Below are positions 34,651 to 49,521 of a stretch of DNA of 64,000 bases, piece after piece. A program made the position numbers and the translations under genes. Every line of letters starts with the position of its first letter. Positions within the stretch are counted from its first letter, which is position 1. The notes under the pieces are model-generated. The model saw only the letters and a list, made by a program, of their open reading frames with translations, had not been told where the DNA came from and did no database searches. Source of the stretch: Mytilus edulis (taxonomy: Eukaryota); the NCBI RefSeq assembly GCF_963676685.1, contig NC_092344.1:37634001-37698000 (forward strand), in the 5' to 3' direction.

Positions 34651-36733
34651 CAAAGCATATTCAGGACAAGAACTTTGAACCTTGCTTTATACTAGACTGA
34701 CACACTGAGCTAAGATTTTTAACATGTCAGTTCACAAGGTAACAGTCTTATGGAAGATATGTAACCCTGCTCAGACACATAATTGTGATTCTAGGCCCAC
34801 CAATCTATACTTTTTATAAGATACGAGTTCAATATGGTAAATAAATGAAAGGATCTAAATTATTTATATGTTCAAACCTAACGGTTAAGTTTAAAAGCCT
34901 ACTTCAAATAGACTATAATGCCTGATTTTTTTTTTAAAGAAGTATCACAGGTTCACTTTTAAAAATCTGAGGTGTTCAGAATACCAGAAAAAACTTTAAA
35001 ATCAGAAAAGAAAAAAACAATTTTCAATCTGTTCAGAAACTGAAATGACTTGATACTCTATACATTTAGTAATTTTCAGTGATTTAAAAGGGAGTTGGTT
35101 TCCTAACGGACCTGATAGTTATTCTGAATTTCACAAAGACAAAAATAAATTCAATTTTTATAATTATATCAACATATACATATATAACTGTACCTTTTTC
35201 TATATGCTTACTTCCTAAATTATTTAAAGCTAAAAGTTATATTAGGTAAACCGGAATTAACCAATAGGAAAACAGTTAATCCCATTAGTGAGCAACTCCT
35301 GTTATTAGTCATTAATCTATCGTGAATAAAATAATTGAAAATTGATTTAAAAGTGAAGTAACACTTTGATAAGTCACCCATGACCTCCCACACCATCTTT
35401 ATACTAAAACATGACTGTTGTTGTTTTTGTTATGTAATATTTGTACACAATCGATGGCTAATTCTAAGGATATTTCTCACTTTTAATTTAACTTCAACCA
35501 AATTAAATGTTATCCTGTTTACCGATTTTGAGGGGTCAAAGTCTCTATACATTTATTTAATTGGTTCATAATTTTCAAGTACACATGTACTACAGATTGA
35601 TACTGTATATGGAATGGTTGAAAAAAAAATAGAAAAAAAAAATAATTAGATAATTTCATTAACTCAGACTACCTTATAAAGTTCATGCTTCCAGAGTGAT
35701 TTTCTTAGGATAAACCTTCACCAGAACACTTTAACCCAAACATTAAAAAGGGGTGTACAAATATGTGGAAACATTTGGAGCAGAACCTACAGGTTACTTT
35801 CTTTGCACTGAATTTGAACTGCTTTGAAAATTTAAGACACCTTTCATACTCTTTCAAAAAGTGTGAACAGGATATAAATTTACAGCTAAAATACAAAATA
35901 GTGAATTTGTTTGATCAATAGTAGAAACCTATAGTAAATAACTTTACTAGAAACATTATTATTGGTTGATTGGCCCAAAAAATTGTTATCTTCCAAAATA
36001 TCAATGTGTTTAACAATATTCTGTTATCTGAAACTGTTGATGCCTTTCTTCTTTTAAAATGCATTTTTTTAAAACATTTTTACACTTTTATTCCATAATG
36101 GATTATTTTATCCAATTAGGGTGGTTGGTCCCTACAATTTCAACTTTATATAATCTACGGTGACAAAAAACTTAACCATCCAAGAAAAGTACATTTTATG
36201 AATTTTGTCAAATTTTACTCTCTATCTTAAAAATTCTTCGACATCTTTGTGTTATATCTAATGTGAGAGTGTTAGAATTACTTTCTTTAATAATGTTTAT
36301 GTTTCCACATTCCCCCCCCCCCCCCCCCCCCCCTTTATGTCAAATATATATTACTTTACCTATACACCGCTTGATTCATTAAAAAAAAAAGTTAAATCCA
36401 GATATATTTACGGTTAAATGAATTCCATAGTGTGCACACAATGCACCATAATATCTTAATCCCTAGTATAATATCAAAAGCTGTAATTTACTTAGAATGC
36501 ATATCAATTCTTCATTCTGAACTCATCTCAATAACAATCAAGGTCTATCATTAACTTGTTCACTTCAATTAATCATGCGAAACTTGAACTTGCAAATTAG
36601 AAATCCTTGGGCCATATATATGAAAAGATCTTATTCAAAATAGTAGAGGGATGTCATTCAATACACATCCTGTATTGTAGTTGGGCAATGTAGACCAGAA
36701 CATGTCTAACCAGAGGATTCATTTATTGTATGA

Positions 36734-36900
36734 AAGACTTTAAAATTTGCTGCTTCTCCGCTTAGCACATAGTATTAAGGAGCAATGTAAGAGCAAAGAC
36801 TGGTCTGCTTGGAGTCAGAATAATTTGTCTGGGTAAGGTGACATGTCATCTTACAGATTAGCAGTTTAAAATTTGGCTCAGTGTGTCAGTCTAGTACAAA
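36734..36900 (+). mobile_element. Fragment resembling a molluscan SINE conserved central domain (Meta/MESC-like)
   Basis: TGCTGCTTCTCCGCTTAGCACATAGTATTAAGGAG...GAGCAAAGACTGG, recognised from memory only. Confidence 0.4.
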
Positions 36901-38158
36901 GCTGTGTTAATAGTCATATTACATTATAAACATTTATTATCATAATATTTTAGTATTCTTTTAAGCATTTCAAGTATCAATTTGCCTTTTAACTTAAAAC
37001 ACATTCATTGCTAAAGTATTTCCTTTTTATGGCTCTGCCATGAAATAACAGTAAAATTCTAAAAATTGTACACACTCTGACAGGTTGTCACACGATTAAA
37101 TGCAGACACATGATATAGAGTGCAACCTTTGCCCAAAAATATATTTTCTCAGGAGGTATTTTTTGCAATTACAGCTTCTTACTGGCAAAAAGGAGACTGC
37201 CAGGTATGCTTAAATAAATTGTACAAAATTATATATCTTAAAATTATAATTATAAAATAGAAGATGTGGTATGATTGCCAATGTTACAACTCCCTACATT
37301 GCATTTTTCCATTATGAAAACATTTGAAATGAGACTTCAAGCATTAAGGTTGTTATCTATATTTTCATAAAGCCTTTATTCAAAAGTTTTAGAAAATGAT
37401 ATATAATAATATTGCAAAAAGTTTCATTTTATAATATTATTTGACAGCACTACATTACTCCAAAATGTTCCTTTTCTGTTTTAGTCAGAAAAGCAATATT
37501 CCATACCTAGCTGGTTGTGTTTTATTAAGAGTTTAATGGCTAATACCCATGCGCAGTAAAAGCAAAGATTAATTCAGTTTTCACTCAAAAATTTTTTTTG
37601 GAAGATTTTCCCGCATAATATTTTTTAAACTTTCAACTTTTTTCTCCATTCTACTGAAATCTAACTGATCTATTCAATTTATGAACATTATATATAACTT
37701 TCCACATAATATGTCAGCCTACACCCTCTTTATTAGTTCCCTTTACTAACTGAGTTCACTGACACATTATGCTACCTGAAGTAGGCTACAGATTTCTATA
37801 TTTTCTTTACCCAGTGACTTAGATATAAAAACATTGACCTGTTGACCTTTGATGATGTAAACATTCCAAATGATGTAAGATCTATTTGGGAAACAGACAT
37901 CAACTTTGTTCTCTGTATCTCGACTCTGATATCTTTTATTTCAATCTTAAACTAACTGATCTAGATATAAGCCTAAAAAATTTATATTCTAAATACCATT
38001 AACTTATGGCTATGTTATGTAAATGTCACTAGTTCAAGGCATGCAGGGTAAGTTTGGTGCCAATCTAACTCTTACAGACTTTATGAAATATTACTTAAAT
38101 GAGTAATTCCTTTTCTGTCACACTTAACAGGTTCATCAGACTGTATCCCTTTTCATCA

Positions 38159-38397
38159 GGCCAAATAAAAAAGTATCTGTGGTTCCAGTTACATCTGAAA
38201 AAAAGTTAGGGTAGGTAGGTAGGGATTTTTTTTTTATTTTATGGGTTTTTTTTTACATTGAGTCTATGGGAGCAACATTCTGACTTTAACAGTGCTTAAT
38301 GAAAAATGACAATAAAATCTTTAGGGTAGGCTATTTTTAAGCCGAAAAAGTAGGGACGGTAGGGTTACTGGAACCACACATATATTTTTATTTGGCC
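38159..38397. mobile_element. PIF/Harbinger-type MITE, 239 bp, TCA target duplication
   Basis: TCA-GGCCAAATAAAAAAGTATCTGTGGTTCCAGTTAC ... GTTACTGGAACCACACATATATTTTTATTTGGCC-TCA, with internal TAGGGTAGG repeats. Confidence 0.85.
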
Positions 38398-41300
38398 TCA
38401 TATAAAATCACAATTAAACATGCACCAAATGAATAAAGGGATTTCCAAATTTTATTATTTTTGCAGATTGTTCATGATTGTAGGCTTTTGTAAATACAAA
38501 CATGTTTTAATATTATAATTCTTTTTTATCAAAATTTCTAATGACATTGCAGCAATATAGGAGTTAGTCATTAAATATTTAAGTTCTCATATAAAACTTG
38601 TAGAAAATACTTCTATAATACAATAAAGCTTTGCAAATTTCAGGCATAGATTTTGATGATACTACATTCCTACTTTTTCAAATACCTTGAGGTAGACCAT
38701 GAAATGAGGAGAAAACCAACAGAATTAATTGCTGATAAAAGAAATAACAACTAAGAATGTTGCATGGAAATAAGTTTTTTTATGTGCTAGTGAAACAAAA
38801 AACCTAGACCCTTTAAGCAAGACAATCTCAGCATGTCTGCTATCCAATAAGTTGTGATACAAATATCAATGATGCTTACATTTATAAATTTAATTCCTTT
38901 TATTAGAAGAACAAGCCTTTTTAAGGGAGTTAGTGACGTAAGAGTGTGCCTCCATCATACTGACTAGGTTCCCTCAGAACACGTCTACTGGTATTTTTAA
39001 TGTTAAACTATTCTTTACTATATGTCACCAAATATTATCTACACAATCTACTTGACATTTTTGTTAATGACTCAACATTAAAAACGGTCTTTATCCAAAT
39101 TATAGATTTGAAGGCAACAAAAGATAAGTTGACCTAAAATAAACAAACTCATTTAAGGAAATGACAAGAACAAGACCACTACTCCTGAAATAGGAGTGAT
39201 CGGATGAATAAACTGAAAGGTAGGTGTCCATGTAGGCTATTTCTTTAGCCATCCACTACTCCTGAAATAGGAGTGATCAGGCAAGTTACTGAAAGGTAGG
39301 TGTTCACCTAGAATATTTCTTTAGCCATATATATTATTATAATTGATAATATTTGATTTTTTTTTATAAATATATATTCATTTATTTTTTTTAAATATTG
39401 TGTATTAAGTAAAAGAGCAAATATTGCTGACTGCAAATGAAAGTTGTGAAGTATATTAATAAGGAATTTAGTCTATTGTTTAAAAACATTTATTTGGACC
39501 ATTCTGCTACCAATTTAGGTCCCTCAGATTATAAATTTAAAATGTGAACTATAAGATGTTTTATTTATTTCCTGACCTCAACCTCTTTGTTACAGAAATA
39601 GAAACTTTCCAAGAATCATAATAGAGCTCCAGGGTTAGATGAGGATGTGAAGTTTCTAATACATTCACCGAAAGCTCCTTCAGCATACTAAACCCTGAGC
39701 CAAAAGATCATTTTTCATAATTTCAAATTATTACCTTTCAGCTTTGCAGTAACTGTAATATAGGGCTCGAAGATGCAAAATTTCAAATGTGAACTCAGGC
39801 CATTCATAAGGAGGAGGTACTTTTACCTTCCTATGCTATTGACAAGTACCGCCTAAATGGAGGAATTTTTATATAAGATATTCATGGAATAAATTGAAAA
39901 GTACCACCTAGAAACGTGGAAAGTACCAGTCAATATGAAGATAATGAAACTCCTGTGAACTATGAGATGTGTTGTTTAATTCCTTATCAAATTCTTTGTT
40001 ACAGAAATAGAAGCTTTCCAAGAACTAAAACAGACCCCAGGTTAGGATGAAGATGTGAAGTTTCTAAAAATTTCACTGTAAGCTCCCTTTAGCAAACAAA
40101 ACCCTAGTGTAGCCAAAAGATCATTGTTCTTGATTTTAAATTATTACCAGGTGAATGTGCGACATGATGAAAAGAAATCATTTTTAAACATTAGAAAACA
40201 ACTTACTTGCAGTAATTCCTCCTTAGCGCTATTTTATTGTAGACTTCCTGTTTATGCATGTGATAAACGGTTAGTACTTAAGTTTATGCAGGTTAAGGTC
40301 AAGTGATTCAAAATTAAATAAACACATTTTTAACACTTTAACTGTCTGATCAAAGAACATGCAAATTTAATTTACACTTAAGAAATCATTGTCAGGTTAA
40401 GTGAATTAATGGTTCATATTTTATTCATTATTCAGTCAAAATATTGTATTCTATCTGAGTAATTCTATTTACACAGTAGCATTGTTATGCATCTAATTTA
40501 TTTATGTAGCATTTTTTTTTGCCTAGAACTGTTTAGTTAGCAATTTTTCTTCTATTAATCTCAAAGTCATTTATAATAGAAAATGTTTATTTTACTTTTT
40601 TTTTGTAATCTAGCTAATATTTATAGAGAAAATGTTAAGTACATATATGATTAAACTTATTTATTTTACCAACATGAAACTTATCAATTTAGCTACTCCA
40701 AGCCTTTCAAAAAATCAAGTCTGTAATAAAATATATGAAAATTGACAAAGACAAATGCTTAGACAGTTTAGACATATTGTTAATACATACTAGGACCAAT
40801 ATATATATATATAATATCCATGTGTTAGTCCCAGTTGTATACATGTAATTGAATTTGCATTAATTTAACTATACATGTATAACCTTACAACAAGAATAAG
40901 ACATATCAAATTCATACGACCAGTTTCAACAATTTACACAAAGGATCTGAACAGACTACAACAACAAAAAACCAACACAAAACATCCAAATATTCAGAAG
41001 CTACAAACTAACAAAGCATAAAATTACTTTAATCAAAACAATGGTTTCCACTAGAAAAACAGTTAATTACAATGCTAAGGTCACTGCCTGGTCAAGATAG
41101 AAATAAGGAGGAATTGCAGCAGGAGATTTATAGAGATTGTCCACTACAAGTGGACATGACAATAGACACTGTATTGCTCCATAATAAAAGGTCAGATGAT
41201 GAATATATGAATAAACAATTAAATTAATTTTTATCCCTGGTTACTAATCCTTAACCACCAGTGAATACTGGGATCTCTCTTTCTATTAAAATGCCTCAAA

Positions 41301-42053
41301 TGACTACCCCTAGTATTCATATTTCTATCACTTTTATACATTGTATTTCAGGACGACAAGTCGAGCGACAAGTAAACAAATGTTATCCTTATATTACCAG
41401 GATAGCTAAGTGAGCTATATGTAAAATCAGCAATTCAATTCTAAATTTTATCAGGATGTCTTTTAAAAAAACCAACAGTTGTTGAAATAGAAATTACTCA
41501 GGTAGCAATCACAGCCAATGTTGACCTTATATTGTATTGAAAACATCATGTGGAATATACCTCCCCCATAAACCTTTACTTGACCACTGCAGCATGAAAA
41601 TTATGCCATGGATATATGGTATATATATATATATATGACAAAATTAAAAATACTCTATCCAAACCACTCTGCATATCAATCACTGTTGACCAAGCATGTA
41701 TAGTTACCAAAGAAATCACTACATCCTGAAAACTTGACCCCAACAATTTGAGCCTGAAATGAGGTTAATGCCACAGAGTCGTATACTCAGGACATACAAT
41801 TCATACACCAAATAATGTTGTTGACTTCTAGACAGTCACATGCATGTTTCAGGAAAACCAATCAACAAATCACATATTGTTGATCTATCATGTATATTTT
41901 ATTACCAAGAAACAGTCTTCATCTTTAAAATTTAACTCTACAGCTGAAGTAAAGAAATGAGGTCAAGCCTATATGACATACATTAATCTATTTAAATAGA
42001 CATGTACTCCATGCAACTCATATTGCTTACCTATCAAGCATAGTAACTGCAGA

Positions 42054-42560
42054 ACTATCATCTCACTAGTATATAACAGTGACCTGCATTTGTTGATTAC
42101 TATCATCTCACTAGGTGTATAACAGTGACCTACATTTGTTGATTACTATCATCTCACTAGGTGTATAACAGTGACCTACATTTGTTGATTACTATCATCT
42201 CACTAGGTGTATAACAGTGACCTACATTTGTTGACAACTATCACATCATTAAGTGTATAACAGTGACCTAGATTTGTTGATAATTATCATATCACTAGGT
42301 GTATAACAGTGACCTACATTTGTTGATAACTATCATATCACTAGGTATATAACTGAGTGACCTAATTTGTTGATTACTTTCATCTCACTAGGTGTTTAAC
42401 AGTTACCTACATTTGTTGACAACTATCATATCACTAGGTGTACAACAGTGACCTTCGTTTTTTGATGACTATCATACCACTAGGTGTATAAGGATGACCT
42501 ACATTTTTGTTGGAAACTATCATAACACTAGATGTATTACAGTATTCTACACAAATGTAG
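42054..42560. repeat. 46-bp minisatellite, about 11 copies
   Basis: Unit ACTATCATCTCACTAGGTGTATAACAGTGACCTACATTTGTTGATT at 42099, 42145, 42191 and onward, decaying to the right. Confidence 0.95.
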
Positions 42561-42981
42561 GTCACTATGACCAATTTTATACCCCCTTGATTCATATCAA
42601 GTTTTCATTCAAAATTCATTTCTTGACTGACCTACAGTGTAGTATTTTTCACATTGAACTTCCAATTTTTTTTCTCTATCACCAATCCTCTGATTTTTTT
42701 TTTCTCTATCCAAATTTGGTTCTGTTTACTTACTTAGTTACAAAGAAATCTATTCATATCAAATCCATTTCCTATTAAATATACCGGTAATTGTTTGTTC
42801 AACAACAAAAATACTTACAGTTTTGTTTCTTCCTGATAGAAAAATCTTCTTTATCTTTCTGAAATATAATCAAATTCAGTAATGTTGAATTAAAAAATCC
42901 CATTGAATACAATATTCAAGGTGATAAACACTATACATGGATGTCAGCTATTCAATTTACATACCTATGCTAAATGAATAC

Positions 42982-43057
<76 letters not shown>
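42982..43057. repeat. (AT)n microsatellite
   Basis: Direct reading. Confidence 0.95.
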
Positions 43058-43060
<3 letters not shown>

Positions 43061-46000
43061 TAAAATGTAATATGTAATTCTAATGTAATTATTGTGGTAC
43101 ATCAGGTTAACTTACTAGCTATCATTTCAGTTTTTACACCAAAACCCTTTCACATTATAGTAAACTTTATGGAAAAAACTTTATAGATTAATTAGATCAA
43201 AAATAAATGTACTTAATACATAGACATCAGTACTAAAGACATAAGACTTTACTGACCCAAAGCAACAAAACACTTTTAAAGGTGAAGAATTTTATCTACT
43301 TTCAAAGAGCCGAAATGTAATTACCAGAAAATCTAATTTTAGATCATTTCCTTGGCACCATTATCAAAATATCGATACCCTTATTGCATTCTTTTATAAT
43401 TATATAATACCACTATGGCATAATAAAATACTTTTTTGTACAATTATCTACAAAGAATAAATGTAAACACTGCATAACTGATATTTCAATAAAATATATC
43501 TACAGGGTGTATATCAATGAATGCCACAAAAAACACTGAACAATAAAACTTATCTGGTTTTTAGAAATTTATAATCAATATCTTTTACAACTAACATAAA
43601 AGAACACTTAGTAGTATTCCATTTTAACAAAACATGAATTCATAATATTATTTAGTCGTTTTGGCAAAAAATTTGATTTCTTAAACATAACATAATTTAA
43701 TAACAGATGCCATGTGATTTACATGTAGTAAATGATTTCCTTTCGACAATTCAACCGTTATATAACCCTAATTACATTACAATTTTTGATCATTTTCCAA
43801 ACCTTAAAGATTTGTAATTTTCTCGTTAATGATGGTATCTGATGTGCATTTAGCATTGTACAGCATAATGTAGAAAAACAAAGAAATCAACCAAAAGTTC
43901 TATCAAAATGTGACCAGGCATACAACTTCAATTTTTAATTCTATTTCATAGTCTTTGCTCATTGTTGAAGGCTGTATGGTGACCTATAGTTATTAATTTC
44001 TGTGTCATTTGGTCACTTAATTATCATTGGCCTACAATCATTATCCACATCTTCTTTTGAATTTCATCAGTCCGTCAACATTTGCATTAATAAATGCTCT
44101 CAATATTAAATTTCTACGTCTACAGTAATTTTGTTTATTATCTCTCATTCTGAATTTGATACAATTAACTCAACCCCATGTATCATATATTGCACATTTT
44201 AATCTCAAACAAAGAAAAAGAAAGCAAATTTTCTGATAAATCCAATGCCAAAAAGGTTTTTTATTTACTATACATCAATGAATATATCTAATCTATTAAG
44301 AAGATTTGACTATTGTTGTTTGTTAATAAGCTTTTGCTCTGCTAGATAGGGATATAATTAACTTATTCACACTATCACAAAACTAACCATCTCCTATCTC
44401 TTTATGTGTCAATTGGGATTAGCTCACAAGGATTAAGACTTTATATATGATAGAAGTTCAATAGACTGGCATGTGATGAAATCCATGGTTTTAAGTTGGG
44501 ATATATTTGTAGAACCCAAATCTGATTTACATTGTGTCAGAACTGGAAAGAAAAAAATAGAGTTGTGTGAATGTCATACCTGCCAGCTTTTGAAACTCTT
44601 CATGGGGGATTTAAAGCACACAATTACGTAACAGATCTCAAATCAGTCATGACAGTTTTAAATCTTAATACTAACTGTTATTTTGAGTAAACATGTTCAA
44701 AAATGTCAATTTAACTCCTTCGAATAGAATATAGAATGTCTGCATGTTAGATTTGCTGTCCACACTTTTTAGCCAAAAAAGGTTTCAACCAAATTTGCTT
44801 CCTTTCAAATATGAAATATCAACAGCAACCACTTTAAAATATCTTGAGAAACCAAATGAAGTTAGAATATTTCAACATTTCTTATTTTTCAGTATAAAGT
44901 AGGGACATGCAGTTTTAAATTCAAAATTACAAATAAAATTTGGCCATTCTCCCGATTGATATTTGCATAACTCTGCACTCAGTTTAATATTCTCCAATCA
45001 AGAAAAAGTGCTCATTACTAACAGAAAATATAAGTAAATGTCAGGTAATATTAAAGATTCTCTGTTTGAAACACATAAACTAGTAAATACCGAAATTCCT
45101 GACATAAGTATGTCCACAAAGCAAGATTCCTCTCATCAAAGAACACCAGGTGTAAATGTATGAAAAGCTTTGGATTTGACAAGCTGGTAGAGTTATAGAT
45201 AATTAACAAGAACTAAACAACATAAATGTTTAATATTGTTGATTGAATAAGTCAGTTTTCTACAGTAAGGTGCCATAATTTCATATAAATAATTTCTTCA
45301 AATACATGAAAACAATATACTAGCTGTGGATTAATTATTATTCCTCGGATACTATATTTTTTTTGGCGGATTTTGTGGATAAAGGTTAACCACAAAATTA
45401 AATGTTTAACAAATAGCAATTTTTCTATAGGCTTTGTAAACCACCAAATCTAATACAATTTTCCTCAATCCATGAAAACAAATGAATCCACAGTACCAGT
45501 TGCTTTGCTAAATTATGCAAGACAAACATGAGAAATCTTTTCAAATTTAACAATGACCATTTTTTTCATTTCAGTTACATCTTACCAATATTTTTGCCTT
45601 GAAGTGAAGAAAAAAAAAACCCACTAAAACAAACAAATATAAAAAGCTTATAGCCAATTACTGTGATACATACCTTGAACAGATGATGATTAAGTTCCAG
45701 CTGACCAAGACAGATCTTTACACCTCTTGACCATTAAACCACTATCTAATGTGTTATACTTAATGTAAAAATAATCAGTTCATCAGAAACAAGCACACTG
45801 TCATTCAAGTCAATTATTCTTATAAATCTTTCTAATTTATTGAGGATTTATGAAAATATTAAGATAAAATATTACAATTATTACTTTAGAATTATCCCTT
45901 CTTATCTAGATTGGTATAAAAATATGAGTAAGATCTTTGAATAATTTATGAATAAAGATGCTGATTTTTATCAATAAATGTATAAATACAAGATATCGTA

Positions 46001-46417
46001 ATGTTAACAGTAATTAGACAAATGTTTCTGTTTAAGTTGATTAGAGTTGCGATGATGTACTCATGCACTCTGTACAAAAAATGAAAAATTGTTGTTAAAT
46101 GTCTTCTGGATATAAATATTTGTCTTGATGCAGTCGATAAAAATCGGCCCACTGTTTCTGCCTTTAAAAATAAACTGGGTAATAAAATAAAATGTCTCAT
46201 TGTAAAAAAAACTATGTTTTTAAATGGTGGCATATTTCTCCTGCTTTGGGAATAAATAGCTGAAAATCTTTATCACTGATGACATACATTTATGATATAC
46301 ATTCATGCTCAGATCAGGATTTCTGCAGTGACTTAACACTTTCTTTAACTATAAAAGCCTTGCTCCAAGTTTTGATAATAAAAAGTTTCACCCTTAAAAT
46401 GTTTTTTTTAAAGAAGA

Positions 46418-47506
46418 AACAAGAGTGCACACACTGAAATGTCTAGCCTTCTTTACTAATCATTGATATTATGTTGATAGTCGTAAATAGAAAGCTTTAT
46501 TACGACTGTCACATAAACTTAACATTAACCAAGAAAACTAAACATTGATCAATGAACCATGAAAATGAGGTCAAGGTCAGATGAATCATATACCAGGCAG
46601 ACATGTACAGCTAACAATGCTTCCATACAACAAATATAGCTGACCTATTGCTTATAGTTTAAGAAAATAGACCAAAACAAAAAACTTAACACTGAGCAAT
46701 GAACCGTGAAAACCAGGTCAAGGTCAAATAAAACCTGCACGACTGACATATAGATCATAAAATATTTCCATGCACCAAATATTGTTGACCTATGACATAT
46801 AGTATTAGATAAAAAGACCAAAACTCAAAAACTTAACTTTGACCACTGAACCATGAAAATGAGGTCAAGGTCAGATGACATCTGCCCAAAGACATGTACA
46901 CCTTACAATTATTCCATACAACAAATATAGTAAACCTATTGCATAAAGTATGAGAAAAACAGACCAAAACACAAAAACTTAGCTATAACCACTGAACCAT
47001 GAAAATGAGGTCAAGGTCAGATGACAACTGCCAGTTGGATATGTACACCTTACAGTCCTTCCATACACCAAATATACTAGTCCTATTGCTTATAGTATCT
47101 GAGATATGGACTTGACCACCAAAACTTAACCTTGTTCACTGATCCATGAAATGAGGTTGAGGTCAAGTGAAAACTGTCTGACGGGCATGAGGACCTTGCA
47201 AGGTATACACATACTAAATATAGTTATCCTATTACTTATAGTTAGAGAGAATTTAACATTACAAAAAATCTGAACTTTTTTTTCAAGTGGTCACTGAACC
47301 ATGAAAAGGGGGTCAAGGACAATGGACATGTGACTGACGGAAACTTCGTAACATGAGGCATCTATATACAAAATATGAAGCATCCAGGTCTTCCACCTTC
47401 TAAAATATATAGCTTTTAAGAAGTGAGCTAACACCGCCGCCGTAGCCACCGCCGGATCACTATCCCTTTGTCGAGCTTTCTGCAACAAAAGTTGCAGGCT
47501 CGACAA
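46418..47506 (-). mobile_element. HINE/Helentron-like element with about 6 ~147-bp core repeats
   Basis: Starts AACAAGAG. GGTCAAGGTCA-type motif recurs about every 147-150 nt. Ends in a hairpin TGTCGAGC..TGCAAC aaaa GTTGCA.GCTCGACA with A-rich flanks. Confidence 0.8.
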
Positions 47507-47683
47507 AAACCATTGAAAATTTAAAAATCAAACCAAGAACCTTTGAAAATTTAAATATTAAACCAAGAAAGCCTTGTAATTTTTAATTTTTAATTTATTT
47601 TATTATTTTCTATGGGACTCAGTCAGAATACGAAATCTTATCTATGCCAGTCTTTCACTTGAAATGTATCGCTTCTATAAAAA

Positions 47684-49521
47684 AACTAGAGGCTCTAAAG
47701 AGCCTGTGTCGCTCACCTTGGTATATGTGAATATTAAACAAAGGAAGCAGATGGATTCATGACAAAATTGTGTTTAGGTGATGGTGATGTGTTTGTACAT
47801 CTTACTTTACTGAACATTCTTGCTCCTTACAATTATCTCTATCTATAATGATCTTGGCCCAGTAGTTTCAGTGGAAAATGTTAGTAAAAATTTACAAATT
47901 TTATGAAAATTGTTAAAAATTGACTATAAAGGACAATAACTCCTTAGGGGGTCAACTGACCATTTTTGTCATGTTTGACTTATCTTTAGGTCTTACTTTG
48001 CTGTACATTATTGCTGTTTACAGTTTATCTCTATCTATAATAATATTCAAGATAATAACAAAAAACGTCAAAATTTTCTTAAAATTACCAATTATGGGGC
48101 AGCAACCCAACAACCGATTGTCGGATCCATCTGAAAATTTCAGGGCAGATAGATCTTGACATGATAAACAATTTCACTCCGTCATATTTGCTCTAAATGC
48201 TTTGATTTTTGAGTTATAAGCCAAAAACTGCATTTTACCCCTATGTCCTATATTTAGCCATGGCAGCCATCTTGGTTGGATGGCCGGGTCACTGGACACA
48301 TTTTTTAAACTACATACCCCAAAGATGATTGTGGCCAAGTTTGGATTAATTTAGCCAAGTAGTTTCAGAGGAGAAGATTTTTGTAAAAGATCACTAAGAT
48401 TTACGAAAAATGGTTAAAAATTGACTATAAAGGGCAATAACTCCTTAAGGGGTCAACTGACCATTTCGGTCAGGTTGACTTATTTGTAAATCTTACTTTG
48501 CTGAACATTATTGCTGTTTACAGTTTATCTCTATCTATAATAATATTCAAGATAATAACCAAAAACAGCAAAATTTCCATAAAATTACCAATTCAGGGGC
48601 AGCAACCCATCAACGGGTTGTCCGATTCATCTGAAAATTTCTGGGCAGATAGATCTTGACCTGATAAACAATTTTACCCCATGTCAGATTTGCTCTAAAT
48701 GCTTTGATTTTTTAGTTATAAGCCAAAAACTGCATTTTACCCCTATGTCCTATATTTAGCCGTGGCAGCCATCTTGGTTGGATGGCCGGGTCACCGGACA
48801 CATTTTTTGAACTACATACCCCAAAGATGATTGTGGCCAAGTTTGGATTAATTTAGCCCAGTAGTTTCAGAGGAGAAGATTTTTGTAAAAGATTACTACG
48901 ATTTACGAAAAATGGTTAAAAATTGACTATAAAGGGCAATAACTTCTTAAGGGGTCAACTGACCATTTCGGTCATGTTGACTTATTTGTAAATCTTACTT
49001 TGCTGAACATTATTGCTGTCTACAGTTTATCTCTATCTATAATAATATGCAAGATAATAACCAAAAACAGCAAAATTTCCATAAAATTACCAATTCAGGG
49101 GCAGCAACCCATCAACGGGTTGTCCGATTCATCTGAAAATTTCTGGGCAGATAGATCTTGACCTGATAAACAATTTTACCCCTGTCAGATTTGCTCTAAA
49201 TGCTTTGGTTTTTGAGTTATAAGCCAAAAACTGCATTTTACCCCTATGTTCTATTTTTAGCCATGGCGGCCATCTTGGTTGGTTGGCGGGGTCACCGGAC
49301 ACATTTTTTAAACTAGATACCCCAATGATGATTGTGGCCAAGTTTGATTAAATTTGGCTTAGTAGTTTCAGAGGAGAAGATTTTTGTAAAAGTTAACGAC
49401 GACGGACGCAGGACGACGACGGACGACGACGGACGCAGGACGACGACGGACGCAGGACGACGGACGCCGGACGCAAAGTGATGGCAAAAGCTCACTTGGC
49501 CCTTCGGGCCAGGTGAGCTAA
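47684..49521 (-). mobile_element. HINE/Helentron-like element with three ~501-bp tandem core repeats and a (GACG)n tract
   Basis: Hairpin AGGCTC-taaa-GAGCCT, subTIRs GCTCACCT/AGGTGAGC, units starting near 47920, 48421 and 48923, microsatellite 49397-49475, inserted in an A tract. Confidence 0.85.

Noticed and set aside
39176-39329. 77-bp hairpin dimer as a ribozyme
   Set aside because: No CUGANGA/GAAA core in correct stem context on either strand, and I could not fit another ribozyme fold by eye.
42054-42560. 46-bp array (and the 23-bp array at 4587) as a possible CRISPR array
   Set aside because: Head-to-tail units with no unique spacers, eukaryotic context and no cas genes.
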